Assembly: GCA_036676395.1 (NCBI GenBank)
Contig: JAKFCY010000002.1
Coordinates: 2,144,001-2,208,000 of the forward strand
DNA from: Bdellovibrio sp.
GTDB taxonomy: Bacteria; Bdellovibrionota; Bdellovibrionia; Bdellovibrionales; Bdellovibrionaceae
Direction: 5' to 3'
DNA: 64,000 nucleotides
Positions 8,436 through 18,532 of this stretch are shown here, one piece after another (position 1 is the stretch's first letter; the number at the start of each line of letters is the position of its first letter). Both the position numbers and the translations under genes were made by a program. Under the pieces are notes generated by a model. That model saw only the letters and a list, made by a program, of their open reading frames with translations. It did not search any database and was not told where the DNA came from.

Positions 8436-9536
8436 ATGGCTTTACAAGTTGGTATCGTAGGTCTTCCAAACGTAGGTAAATCTACATTATTTAATGCTTT
8501 AACTTCTGCAAAAGCAGAGGCTGCGAACTACCCGTTTTGCACAATCGATCCAAATGTGGGTATCGTGATCGTTCCAGATTCTCGTCTTGATCAAATTACC
8601 GCTTTCGTAAAACCACAAAGCATAATTCCAACAACAATGGAATTCGTTGATATCGCCGGTATCGTTAAAGGCGCTTCTCAAGGTGAAGGTTTAGGAAATC
8701 AATTCTTAGGTCACATCAAACAAACTGATGCAATCGTTCACGTGGTTCGTTGTTTTGATGATCCAAATGTTATTCACGTATCTGGTTCAGTAGACCCACT
8801 TCGTGATGTTGATGTGATCAACACTGAATTAATGTTAGCTGACTTTGATAACGCTGATAAAAAATTAAAAAAAGTTGAAAAGATGGCAAAAACATCTTCA
8901 GATCCAAAAGTAAAAATGGATCTTGATGTAACACAACGTCTTCACGCAGCTTTAGCACAAGGAAAACCGGCTCGTTCAGTTGTGTTGAACGACCTTGAAG
9001 CACCTTACGCGCGCGAGATGCACTTATTAACTTCTAAACCGGTTCTTTATGCTTGTAACGTATCTGATACAGATTTCGCTGCCGGTGGTAATGACTGGGT
9101 ACGTGCCGTTGAAAAACGTGCGGCCGAAGAAAATAATAAAACAATTATGATCTGTTCTGCGATGGAAGCTGAAATTTCTCAGTTACCACCAGAAGAGCGC
9201 AAAGATTTCTTAGATTCATTAGGCGCTACAGAGCCAGGCTTAAACCGCCTAATCCGCGAAGCTTATGCTTTATTAGGATTAGCGACATACTTTACAGCTG
9301 GCGAAAAAGAAGTGCGTGCTTGGACAATTAAAACTGGCTTCAAAGCCCCGCAAGCAGCCGGTGTAATTCACACTGATTTCGAAAAAGGTTTTATCCGCGC
9401 TGAAGCTTACCACTGCGAAGATTTATTCAATTTAAAATCTGAAGCGGCAGTAAAAGAAGCCGGTAAATACCGCTCTGAAGGCAAAGAATACATCGTCAAA
9501 GACGGCGACATCTTATTCTTCAAATTTAACGTTTAA
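8436..9536 (+). CDS. ychF: Redox-regulated ATPase YchF
   Basis: GIVGLPNVGKSTLFNALT, ANYPFCTIDPN, TGS-domain APQAAGVIHTDF. Confidence 0.98.
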   Translation: MALQVGIVGLPNVGKSTLFNALTSAKAEAANYPFCTIDPNVGIVIVPDSRLDQITAFVKPQSIIPTTMEFVDIAGIVKGASQGEGLGNQFLGHIKQTDAIVHVVRCFDDPNVIHVSGSVDPLRDVDVINTELMLADFDNADKKLKKVEKMAKTSSDPKVKMDLDVTQRLHAALAQGKPARSVVLNDLEAPYAREMHLLTSKPVLYACNVSDTDFAAGGNDWVRAVEKRAAEENNKTIMICSAMEAEISQLPPEERKDFLDSLGATEPGLNRLIREAYALLGLATYFTAGEKEVRAWTIKTGFKAPQAAGVIHTDFEKGFIRAEAYHCEDLFNLKSEAAVKEAGKYRSEGKEYIVKDGDILFFKFNV

Positions 9537-9578
9537 TTCGGTGGTGCCAGGCCCTGTTTCTGGTAACGGCGCATTATG

Positions 9579-9603
9579 AAGGATCCGAAAGGATCCTTTT
9601 TTT
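9579..9603 (+). terminator. Intrinsic terminator after ychF
   Basis: AAGGATCC-GAAA-GGATCCTT followed by a T run. Confidence 0.85.
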
Positions 9604-10318
9604 AATAGGGCCAAACAAACGGCTTCATCTCATCAATGTAAATTTCTTCTAATTCAAAATAATTACTGATGCCTTTGCAACCTGTCATGGTTGAAGCCTT
9701 AAAGCCCGATACCGCGACTTTTACTTTAAAGCGTGCATTCATGCGAAATAGAACTTCAGCTTCTTGATCGTGCTTAGATTGATTTTCAACAACGCGCCCT
9801 GATTTCGAAATAATTTTAAATAAGGTATTTCCTTTTTTTGCAAATTCACACCCCACATTAAAAGCCATCGACGTGCTCGAAAAAGCCGGAAAACTAATTT
9901 CTTCTGAAGCCTGATATTTCTCGGCAATTTGTTCAGGCAAATTGGCTCCGCGAAAAACTTCTTTTTCACTGATTGGGTAATCACAAAGAACCGCATCTAG
10001 CTGCTGAGCTAATTGCAAAATATCGAGATTTTGCTCTTCAGTTTTTTTAAATAATTCGCGATTAATTTTCTCAAAGCACTTGTCGGTGTATTGATAAACC
10101 AGAAATTCGCTGGCGGTCGATGATTCATAGGCTCTGTCGTATTCCATATAGACGTCAGGATCAGAAGTGTTTTCAGGTGGGCACACTTTAACCGTGAGCT
10201 TTTTTAATAGATCATCAGCAAGAAGGGTCTTCTTGCTGGCTTCGCATGAGGTTTGATCAGCCAAGGCTGGCAGCGAATGCAAGAATACAAATAGAGCTAA
10301 AACCGCGAAGCTTTTCAT
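9602..10318 (-). CDS. Secreted R-S-E class ADP-ribosyltransferase (VIP2/C3-like fold)
   Basis: Signal peptide (..ALA-D); YQYT, VFRG, FSSTS and QEAEVLF (E-x-E) motifs in canonical order. Confidence 0.8.
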   Translation of the reverse strand: MKSFAVLALFVFLHSLPALADQTSCEASKKTLLADDLLKKLTVKVCPPENTSDPDVYMEYDRAYESSTASEFLVYQYTDKCFEKINRELFKKTEEQNLDILQLAQQLDAVLCDYPISEKEVFRGANLPEQIAEKYQASEEISFPAFSSTSMAFNVGCEFAKKGNTLFKIISKSGRVVENQSKHDQEAEVLFRMNARFKVKVAVSGFKASTMTGCKGISNYFELEEIYIDEMKPFVWPY

Positions 10319-10425
10319 ACGCAGGGATTATGCAACTTCATGCCAAGTTAAAAACGACTACAAAGCATCAACTTGTCGACTTTTTTGACAAAGTGACTGC
10401 AAAAGAATGCCTGCAGCACGAATAT

Positions 10426-11031
10426 CTAAAACGTCATCCCCAAATTGAAATCCAGAAGCATTCCAGGGTCTAATTGGGTTTCGACCTGTTGAATAAGAGC
10501 TTGTTCATTGGCCCACTGGCCTTCGCCTGCTGCCCCGTAACCGAAACCAAATTGAAAAAGTGAAGTGTGATTCTTATTTAGCTCTCCGGTAAACTGATAG
10601 CCCACTTTAAATTGTACGCCAGTATCCGAATCTTCATCTGAAGAAACACCGTAGACTGGATCATTGTAGGTAATATTATTTACACCTGCTGCATACCCGA
10701 AAGACGTGTAAAGACCGCTGGTAAAAACCGAAGTGAAATAATAAGTGATCGACATTCCGACCTCGGCAAATTCATATTTATTCGGATCTTTGCTGCGAAT
10801 AATAAATCCCTCAGAATCGGATTTATACTGCTTTCCGAATATTCCCGTCATGATGTTATCAGTAAAAGCATAATCAACCTTTAAACCAATTCCCTGCTGC
10901 GCTAACGCAGCCCCATCGACAGTTAGTGAGTATTTATTTTTGTTTTGCTGAGCTAACGTTAATGAAGAACTAACTAATACCGCTGTAAATAACAAGGCCT
11001 TAAAAAGAAGTCGTTTAAAACTTAAACTCAT
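10426..11031 (-). CDS. Probable outer-membrane beta-barrel protein
   Basis: Signal peptide, alternating aromatic beta-strands, C-terminal FNLGMTF. Confidence 0.65.
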   Translation of the reverse strand: MSLSFKRLLFKALLFTAVLVSSSLTLAQQNKNKYSLTVDGAALAQQGIGLKVDYAFTDNIMTGIFGKQYKSDSEGFIIRSKDPNKYEFAEVGMSITYYFTSVFTSGLYTSFGYAAGVNNITYNDPVYGVSSDEDSDTGVQFKVGYQFTGELNKNHTSLFQFGFGYGAAGEGQWANEQALIQQVETQLDPGMLLDFNLGMTF

Positions 11032-11159
11032 TAGGCTTTAGGTTACAACGCGTTCTTCGATCATGAGAAGCAAAAAGTTAAAATTATGCTTATTTTCCGG
11101 CGCTCTGTACTTCAGTCAACAATGTTAACTAAAACCCTGAGCGCAAAAAAAGCAGCCCC

Positions 11160-13616
11160 CTAGTTTTGCATTTGGCGAAATTCAGAGCGGAATGGCTCCC
11201 ATTCTTCTTTTAGCGAAATCGGCTCTTTTAATTTCATCGGGATGGGATTTAATAAATACGTGTATTTATCCAGCTCGATCGATTTGTTATACAGTTTATC
11301 GTAAGTCGCGCGGTAAGTAAGAACCCGCTTAACGTAAGTTCTGGTTTCGACAAAAGGAATATGTTCGATGAATTTATCAAATTCTAACTGCCCCAAGTTT
11401 CGCATCCACGCTTTTACTCTGTGCGGGCCGCCGTTGTAAGCTGCTGCGACCAGCGGTTTCTGGTTATCAAGTTCTAATGATAATTTTTTTAAATAAGCCG
11501 CACCAAACTCGATTGATTTTTCAGGAGAAAACAATTGTTCGGTTTGAATTTTTTGATCGGTGATATCAGCTACTTTTTGTGCCGAATACGGCATAAACTG
11601 CATTAATCCTACAGCACCCACTGGTGAAATTGCGTCAGATTTGTAGCGTGTTTCGGCTCGCATAATCGATAAAATTAAATACGGGTCGATTTTTCTTTTT
11701 TCGGCGTACTGAAATACTTTTGTTTTGTAGGCCTCTGGATAAAGCGAACCCCACATCACCGGATCTGCCTTAATTTGTAATGAGGTTTTATCAGATTGTG
11801 AAAAACGATCCATTAACGATAGCGCCCGGTAATAAAATTCTTGCGACAAATAAAATTGCGCCAAGACTTCGGCCTTTTTACGGGTATTGATCTTTTTTTC
11901 GATTTCGTATAAATGCCAGCGGGCTAAATCTGGTTCATTTTGCAGAATTAAAAATTTTGACCAGTTAATTTGCGCTGTTAAATCTTTTTCAGAAGATACT
12001 TCAATACCCGCTGTATCTGTGTTTTGAATGACTTCGTTTTCAGAATTGGCTAATTGAACTTCGCCTTCATCAGTTTCATAAGATGTTTGGTCAAAAAAGC
12101 TGTACGATTCCATAATTTGCGAATAACTTTGTGTTTCAGAAGCTACCGGAAACGGGCCTTTATTCATTTTTGCAACAAGCGCGATGCTTTTTAAAACACC
12201 GTTATCTTGAAATTCTTTTTTCATATTTTCGTAACGAAGCCAGGCTAATAAATTATAATAAGAAAACGATTTCTGTGCCAACACTGGCGCTGACAAAGTT
12301 CTAAAGCCTGCGATCGCTGAACTTTCGCTGCCTAGTTTAAGTCTTGTATCAGCCACCCAATAGGCTAATCGGGCTTCATCAATAGCAAAAGGCACAGTGT
12401 CTTCAAACGCACCTAAAGCTTTTTTGTATTGGCCATCAAGATATAAAGTCCATCCCCGTAACCAGGCAATTTGATCAAAATCACGCGAAGGACGCCCGCG
12501 TCTTTTCTTTTTCTTATATGGATGAGCTTTGTATAATTCATCAAAGATCGTATGGGCTTGGGTGTATTTTTTTATTTGGTACAATAAAAAGCCCTGCTGA
12601 AATTTCATTTCTTCAAATTCTTTACGACTTTTTGTTTTTGTTAAAATTTTAGCGATGATTTGTTCAGCTTTTTCTAATTCGCCGGCACGCTGGGCAATAA
12701 AGAAATAATTATCTTTATAATCAGTCTCCATCAGCTCTTTTTCATATTTCGCTAAATTTTTAAAAGCAGTGACCGGATCACCCTGATTTGAATCATAAAC
12801 TGCGCGAACATAAGTGCGCTCCCAGTTTTGCAACTTGGCATAAACTGAAAACAATTCAATTTCACGCAAGGCCTGAAATTCTTTCGCGGCAAAAAGAAGT
12901 CTGCGCATGCGAGTTAAAAAATCATCTAAAGCTACAGGGCATTTTTCTGTCGCCGTAGTTAATTCGACGAAATCGATTCCGGGTTCTGCGATCCAACGAT
13001 CGCGTTCGGTGTAGCAGATTTCATCAAAGTATTTATTTCTTTGCAGCCATTTTAAATACTCTTCTTCAAAAACTTCACCCTCAGACGAACCGCGCAGTTG
13101 GCGCAAGATCGCACGTGATTCAGTTTTAATAAACGCTACGGCATTGGCAAATTTTAATTGCTCGACCGGAGAATTAATTAAGAACACAATCAATTCTAAG
13201 CGAATGCGAATAAATTTTTTCTCTTTTTTCAGCGCCAGATAATGTTTATACACATCATCATAATTTCCTGACCATGTAGATAAAAAATAATCTTTATAAT
13301 TATTTAAGATGGCCTGAGGCGGATTCCATTTTTTGATTTTTTCAATAGCGTTATTCACGTTCTGACTTTTTTTCGTGAATTCAGAAAATGCATCAACTAG
13401 CGGCTGATTTTCTTTCAAAAACTCTTGATAAGATTTATCACCCTTCAAAGAACTAATTTGTTCTCTGTTCAAGTGGGCTGCTGAGATATCAGTTTTAATT
13501 GTAGAAATTGTTTTTGGCGTGTCAGTACTTTTGCCCTCAAGAAAATGCGAATTTGGCTTACTAGAAAATGCAAAAGCGAACGAAAATAAAAACTTGAACA
13601 AGCTGAATAACACCAT
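11160..13616 (-). CDS. slt: Soluble lytic murein transglycosylase (Slt70-like, TPR-like N-terminal region)
   Basis: IMRAET, SPVGAVGLMQFMP, AAYNGGP, IPFVETRTYVKRV; start placed at 13616 (uncertain). Confidence 0.88.
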   Translation of the reverse strand: MVLFSLFKFLFSFAFAFSSKPNSHFLEGKSTDTPKTISTIKTDISAAHLNREQISSLKGDKSYQEFLKENQPLVDAFSEFTKKSQNVNNAIEKIKKWNPPQAILNNYKDYFLSTWSGNYDDVYKHYLALKKEKKFIRIRLELIVFLINSPVEQLKFANAVAFIKTESRAILRQLRGSSEGEVFEEEYLKWLQRNKYFDEICYTERDRWIAEPGIDFVELTTATEKCPVALDDFLTRMRRLLFAAKEFQALREIELFSVYAKLQNWERTYVRAVYDSNQGDPVTAFKNLAKYEKELMETDYKDNYFFIAQRAGELEKAEQIIAKILTKTKSRKEFEEMKFQQGFLLYQIKKYTQAHTIFDELYKAHPYKKKKRRGRPSRDFDQIAWLRGWTLYLDGQYKKALGAFEDTVPFAIDEARLAYWVADTRLKLGSESSAIAGFRTLSAPVLAQKSFSYYNLLAWLRYENMKKEFQDNGVLKSIALVAKMNKGPFPVASETQSYSQIMESYSFFDQTSYETDEGEVQLANSENEVIQNTDTAGIEVSSEKDLTAQINWSKFLILQNEPDLARWHLYEIEKKINTRKKAEVLAQFYLSQEFYYRALSLMDRFSQSDKTSLQIKADPVMWGSLYPEAYKTKVFQYAEKRKIDPYLILSIMRAETRYKSDAISPVGAVGLMQFMPYSAQKVADITDQKIQTEQLFSPEKSIEFGAAYLKKLSLELDNQKPLVAAAYNGGPHRVKAWMRNLGQLEFDKFIEHIPFVETRTYVKRVLTYRATYDKLYNKSIELDKYTYLLNPIPMKLKEPISLKEEWEPFRSEFRQMQN

Positions 13617-13790
13617 AGGTAATATGCTACCCTTTTTACAGAGGTAAACGAAGGATAAAACAGTCGCAAGTCTGCTAGCTCGCAATGCATTGATTGAGTC
13701 CCCCTTGACCAAAGGCTGGCTGACAATATGATTTACCAAAATCAAGTTTAGTTATATTATAAAAGCCATCAACATCTGAAGAGGTCTATC

Positions 13791-14165
13791 ATGAGTTCAA
13801 TTACTAAAGAATCTTTTAAAGCCGGCGATTTTATTTTTTTTGAAGGCGATATTGAAGCTCACTTCTATATTATTGAATCAGGCACCGTAAAAATTTTTTC
13901 GAAAAATAAAACTGGGCAAAAAGTTGAACTTGCAACCCTGAATCCGGGTGAAACATTCGGAGAATTTGCATTGATTGATAAAGGGGCGCGTACAGCCAGC
14001 GCACAAGCAGCTACAGACTGTAAATTAATGAAAATTTCTGAAGAAGGTTACAACATCATGTTAAACGATCTTCCGCTATGGGCTTCGTCAATGCTTGAAT
14101 CTTTTTCTTCAAGATTAAAAACGATGAACACTCAGCTCAAAGATTTCAAAGCTTCGCCAAAGTAA
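13791..14165 (+). CDS. Stand-alone cyclic-nucleotide-binding domain protein
   Basis: FYIIESGTV, GETFGEFAL, RTASA; no HTH. Confidence 0.88.
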   Translation: MSSITKESFKAGDFIFFEGDIEAHFYIIESGTVKIFSKNKTGQKVELATLNPGETFGEFALIDKGARTASAQAATDCKLMKISEEGYNIMLNDLPLWASSMLESFSSRLKTMNTQLKDFKASPK

Positions 14166-14235
14166 ATTGTCACTTCGTCTACTTTACACACACTGGTTTT
14201 GCCTTTAAGTAATTTAACCAGCTTTTAACCATGGT

Positions 14236-15249
14236 TTGAAAATAGCACCAAGTTTATCCGTGAAGTACGTTCTAGCAACTTTTATTATCGTCTGCATGGC
14301 CTCTGCGGCCTTTGCCAATCCAGAAATTAGCCTTGCTGAAGCCACGGCTATTGAACAAATTGATCAGCTTCATGATTCTGATGACTCTGCCTTAGATGTC
14401 GAAAACAAAAGTGAAATAGATTCGCAAAAAAGTAAAATTTTAATTGCCGGCGATAGCTGGGCCTTTTTTACCTGCATTTACAACAGCATGGGTAAAATGA
14501 TCCGCGATAAAAAAGCTCCATTGGTCGAAGATAATCGCTGCTGGAGAACTTCAAGAACTGGCTTAACCGCTGCCGAATGGTCGGCTTCTAAATCTCATAA
14601 ACGAACTCTTAAATTCATAAAAAATACCCCGCGCATTAAATATTTATATTTATCACTTGGCGGAAACGATTTGATGCGCAGTTGGAACCAGGATTTTACA
14701 CCTGCACAAGAGCTGCAACTGTTTGAAGCCACAACTAAGACACTGAAAAATATTATGGATAGCTATCTGGCAGTTCGCCCTGATCTAACAATTATTCTAG
14801 CGGGCTATGATTTTCCAAATTTTACGATCAAGTTTACACTTCCACTCTATCGAAAAATACATAAACGCATGCATGAGCCTGCACCAGAACGCATGAATAA
14901 TCTTTTAGTTCAATTTACTGAACACGCGGCTAAACTTGTTAACGGAAAAAATATTTTCTTCATTCATAGCATTGGTCTTTCGCAGTATTATCACGGTGTA
15001 CCTGAAAAAGGCTTTGCCGCAAAACTGACGGCAAGTCCCGCAGAAATTTCACCGATGAATGATCCAGGTTGTGCCGGTGGTAATGTCTGCATTCAAACCA
15101 GCAAAAAAAGCATGGTTAACTGGTTATTTATTCTGCGCGATGCTTTTCATTTGAATACCAGAATGTACAGAAAAGTTATGCATCATGCTTATGACAACTT
15201 GATAGTTCACCTGCTGCGCCGTGAAGAAATCCTGCAAATGACTCATTAA
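14236..15249 (+). CDS. Exported SGNH/GDSL hydrolase
   Basis: AGDSWA, SLGGND, DAFH motifs; signal peptide. Confidence 0.8.
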   Translation: MKIAPSLSVKYVLATFIIVCMASAAFANPEISLAEATAIEQIDQLHDSDDSALDVENKSEIDSQKSKILIAGDSWAFFTCIYNSMGKMIRDKKAPLVEDNRCWRTSRTGLTAAEWSASKSHKRTLKFIKNTPRIKYLYLSLGGNDLMRSWNQDFTPAQELQLFEATTKTLKNIMDSYLAVRPDLTIILAGYDFPNFTIKFTLPLYRKIHKRMHEPAPERMNNLLVQFTEHAAKLVNGKNIFFIHSIGLSQYYHGVPEKGFAAKLTASPAEISPMNDPGCAGGNVCIQTSKKSMVNWLFILRDAFHLNTRMYRKVMHHAYDNLIVHLLRREEILQMTH

Positions 15250-15366
15250 GCCCTAATTCGGAAGCTGTAAAAAAGTTTGACGCTATCACTGTGTCAAATG
15301 TCGTTAAATAGCCATAACCCGGTCTTAAATTTGTAATTAGATTCAAGCATAAAGGAGCCACACCCC

Positions 15367-16245
15367 ATGAAGCGGAATTTGATTTTATCTCTAGTTGCAA
15401 TTTTGGGTGTTATTTTTGTCGCGCAAGCCAGTTTTGCGCGCACGGCGACGACAGGTAAAAAACAAATAGCCGCACCGAAATCATACCCCGATGTTGATGA
15501 TCCTGCGGTGGTAAAATCTCCGTTTAAATTTTCAACCGCTATAAGTTTAGCTTACGAACAAAGTGCCGAAGAAAAATCGAACGGTGTTAGATCGCGCGGT
15601 CTTGGTTTAGCCGTGGTTCCTAAATTTATTTTTTGGGATTTTTCAATTCGTGCAGATTTATTTTATGGTTATGATTTAAACGCTCCAAGCACAGGTTCGG
15701 GTATTGCCGATGGCGTATTTTCACTTTTATACGACGGCTGGAAATTTTCGGCGTTAAAATTTTCGCCCTACACATCAGTTGAGCTTCCGTTATCAAAAGA
15801 ATCTCGCGAAAATCGTGAAATCGAATTAGTAAATAACGTGGGTGTATTAATCAGCCTTGATACCAAAGCTTTAGATATTTCAAAATTAAGCATGTCTTAC
15901 TCGGTCGCTTACGGTTACTACACAAACAAATATACAACGCGCGTAAATGGTGAACCGGCTACTGAATACAAAATCGTGCAAACCTTTAAAGCTGGTTACA
16001 ATTTTGATCCGATTTCGATCGCCACAAAATTTCAGTTCACAAGTGCTTATTCTTACGAAGATGTGGTGCGTTCTGGCTTCTTATTAGTAGAAAGTATTTC
16101 TTATGAAGTAAACGACACTGTTGGATTTTCACTTTACCACTACAACCGCGCAGCCCTTTTAAAAGATACGACTTACGAAAACAACTTAAAAGCTTTCGAT
16201 AAAGAGACTTCGACAATTGGTCTTGGAATAGATTTATCGCTTTAA
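15367..16245 (+). CDS. Probable outer-membrane beta-barrel protein
   Basis: AAGGAG RBS, signal peptide (..SFA-R), amphipathic aromatic strands, C-terminal GLGIDLSL. Confidence 0.6.
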   Translation: MKRNLILSLVAILGVIFVAQASFARTATTGKKQIAAPKSYPDVDDPAVVKSPFKFSTAISLAYEQSAEEKSNGVRSRGLGLAVVPKFIFWDFSIRADLFYGYDLNAPSTGSGIADGVFSLLYDGWKFSALKFSPYTSVELPLSKESRENREIELVNNVGVLISLDTKALDISKLSMSYSVAYGYYTNKYTTRVNGEPATEYKIVQTFKAGYNFDPISIATKFQFTSAYSYEDVVRSGFLLVESISYEVNDTVGFSLYHYNRAALLKDTTYENNLKAFDKETSTIGLGIDLSL

Positions 16246-16261
16246 TTAAAGAAGGTGTAAC

Positions 16262-16930
16262 ATGAAAAATCTAATTATCTTTTCAACTCTGGTCGTCATG
16301 GCCGTGATCAATTTCACGGGTTGTGGCAAAGCCCAAGAGCGCCCGGCAAAGCCAAATAAAAAAATCGCAAGCCAGGTTGTGGCGATCGATGGCTTAATTG
16401 ACATCACAAAAACAGAACAGCAAAATTCACCAGAAAATATTTCTTTTAAAAAAAGGCTCATCGCAAAATTAGAAACTGCAGAAAAACGCGAACAGGCCGA
16501 AAACTTATTAGCACAGAACAAACTGGTCTATATGTTAATGGAAGGTAAAGTAATTTTACTTGAATACATGCCGGCGACAACTAATAAGCACGCCAGCGCT
16601 TCAGTTTCAGCGACCATTGAAATCGCCGCAGACGAAGCTACCGCCGCGGTTAAGCTTTATACATACGAATCACTTATGGCTTTAAAAGCAGGTCGCACTG
16701 AAGAAGCTGTTTGGTCAAAAGTAAGCTTACCTTCACAAAATCATTTTATGATCTTAGCTGAAATCGGCATGCAAACCGGGGTTTTAGAAAACGAAACTAC
16801 TGATTACGACGAGAAAAAAAGTACGCTAAAATTAACTGAAACTTCGCTTGAACAAGCGCAGGTTTTACTTTTACAAGCTGAACTTAAAACAGCAGCTACA
16901 GGCGATGTTTCCGGTGACGAATCGAAATAG
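16262..16930 (+). CDS. Hypothetical lipoprotein
   Basis: Lipobox-like FTG-C after a hydrophobic leader; GAAGGT RBS. Confidence 0.65.
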   Translation: MKNLIIFSTLVVMAVINFTGCGKAQERPAKPNKKIASQVVAIDGLIDITKTEQQNSPENISFKKRLIAKLETAEKREQAENLLAQNKLVYMLMEGKVILLEYMPATTNKHASASVSATIEIAADEATAAVKLYTYESLMALKAGRTEEAVWSKVSLPSQNHFMILAEIGMQTGVLENETTDYDEKKSTLKLTETSLEQAQVLLLQAELKTAATGDVSGDESK

Positions 16931-17306
16931 CATTGTACGCTTGTTCGTAAAATTGCAACGAACGGGCGTCAGTTTTTTTCACTAATTCTTGGTAAACTTT
17001 TGTAATCTCATGCATCGATGCCCCTTGCGGCACACCCAACACATCATGGGCTTCCCAATCATGTCCGTTGTACATAAAAATCACCGAAAGCGATCTGCTG
17101 CTTACCTCGCGCGGTTCTGCTTGCTGAACTGCCAAAGTCTTTGGGCTTTCGGGCTCTAAAACTTGCGTTTTTTTATCGCCAGAATCTTTGGCGCGCATGT
17201 TCAACTTTGTCGGCTGTTTAGGCTTAGGACGCCCTAAAACAAAATACAGCACTAAAAGTACGCCGAATACTAAGTTTAAGAATAAAAGCAGTTGGCTATT
17301 GATCAC
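16896..17306 (-). CDS. Membrane-anchored protein with degenerate J-domain
   Basis: N-terminal TM helix; HDVLGVPQGASMHEITKVYQEL resembles J-domain helices I-II but no HPD. Confidence 0.6.
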   Translation of the reverse strand: MINSQLLLFLNLVFGVLLVLYFVLGRPKPKQPTKLNMRAKDSGDKKTQVLEPESPKTLAVQQAEPREVSSRSLSVIFMYNGHDWEAHDVLGVPQGASMHEITKVYQELVKKTDARSLQFYEQAYNAISIRHRKHRL

Positions 17307-17375
17307 TTTGTTATTATTAATTTACTTCTATTAGTTGTAAACGAGAATTCGGCAATGCCCGATACAAGGACTGTC

Positions 17376-18155
17376 ATGAACCCATTCGACCGCCAAGCTG
17401 CTATCCCCGGAGTTAAAAAAATCATCGTCGTTGCCTCAGGAAAAGGCGGCGTTGGTAAAAGCACCGTTTCAACAAACCTTGCCTTAGCTTTACGTAAATA
17501 CGGTTCTGTTGGTTTATTAGACGCCGACATCTACGGCCCATCGATCCCGCGCATGATGGGAGCCATCAACCAAAAACCCACAGTTTCTAACGGCACCGAA
17601 ATCAACCCGATCGAACGTTACGGCATTAAACTAATGAGCATTGGCTTCTTAGCAGAAGAAGGTGCAGCGATCGTTTGGCGTGGTCCGATGTTATTCAAAG
17701 CCATGGATCAATTCTTTCGCGATGTAAAATGGGGCGAGCTTGATTTCTTAGTGATCGATCTTCCACCTGGCACTGGTGATGTGCAGTTATCAGTGGTTCA
17801 AAAAATCCCGGTATCAGCGGCAGTGATCGTATCAACACCACAAAACGTGGCCTTAATCGACGCTAAAAAAGCGATCGACATGTTCGAACGCACTCAAGTT
17901 AAAATTTTAGGAATGGTTGAAAACATGTCTTACATGTTAAATCCAGTAAACGGCGAAAAAATGCAGCTATTTCCAAAAGGCGAAATGGATTCTTTCTTAG
18001 CAGCGAAAAAAATTCCAAAGCTTGTTGAAATGCCGTTTAACCCAAGCATTTCTTTAGGCTCAGAAGCCGGCATCCCGTTAATGGAAAGCTACTCAGATTC
18101 TTTAGAAGCAAAAACTTTTGCAGAACTTGCCGCTAAAGTTGTAGAGAGTATTTAA
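17376..18155 (+). CDS. mrp: Mrp/ApbC/NBP35 Fe-S cluster carrier ATPase
   Basis: SGKGGVGKST, DADIYGPS, WRGPM, DLPPGTGD, VENMS; AAGGA RBS before ATG 17376. Confidence 0.95.
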   Translation: MNPFDRQAAIPGVKKIIVVASGKGGVGKSTVSTNLALALRKYGSVGLLDADIYGPSIPRMMGAINQKPTVSNGTEINPIERYGIKLMSIGFLAEEGAAIVWRGPMLFKAMDQFFRDVKWGELDFLVIDLPPGTGDVQLSVVQKIPVSAAVIVSTPQNVALIDAKKAIDMFERTQVKILGMVENMSYMLNPVNGEKMQLFPKGEMDSFLAAKKIPKLVEMPFNPSISLGSEAGIPLMESYSDSLEAKTFAELAAKVVESI

Positions 18156-18389
18156 TCACTCTGGTTTTGGGTTTACACTTTTAGAGAAGTTGTAAACCGA
18201 AAACATGAGCAATAAAAAAGCGCTGACAACCATCAAGCCTAAAAGGCTACCGCACCTATCCGTTCGTTAATTCTTTTTAATCGTACGCAATGGCGATCTA
18301 AAAAGCTCAACTAGTAAGGAAACTGCTTAAATAAGTTTAAGATCTTTTCTAAAATCACTAGGACTTTAAAGACTAGACCTAAAACCCGT

Positions 18390-18416
18390 TTAAGTTTCTC
18401 TCGTTTGTGTCGATAT
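18390..18416 (+). promoter_or_regulatory. Sigma28 (FliA)-type promoter
   Basis: TTAAGTTT-N11-GTCGATAT vs consensus TAAAGTTT-N11-GCCGATAA. Confidence 0.6.
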
Positions 18417-18422
18417 TTCATT

Positions 18423-18515
18423 ATCACTTTGAAATACGGCATTCGGATCTCCTTCCTCGGAAAGGGTGTCACGAAAGCCTCTTAAAGCGAGATGGCGTAA
18501 GCAATCTCGCTTTTT
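18423..18515 (+). ncRNA. Candidate ~90-nt small RNA
   Basis: Lies between the sigma28 promoter and a terminator, no RBS-led ORF; long hairpin GGC-A-UUCG..CGAA-A-GCC containing UCUCCUUCCU. Confidence 0.4.
18484..18515. terminator. Intrinsic terminator (probably bidirectional; also ends the ABC-F mRNA)
   Basis: AAAGCGAGAT-GGCGTAAGCA-ATCTCGCTTTTT. Confidence 0.8.
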
Positions 18516-18532
18516 GCATTTAAAGAGCCAAA

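Noticed and set aside
10331..10390. Sigma54-like TGGCATGAAGTTGCA on the minus strand before the ART gene, with TGTC-N9-GACA at 10374-10390
   Set aside because: GG-GC spacing is 9 nt rather than the strictly required 10, so it is not called as a promoter; worth rechecking for a 1-bp indel.
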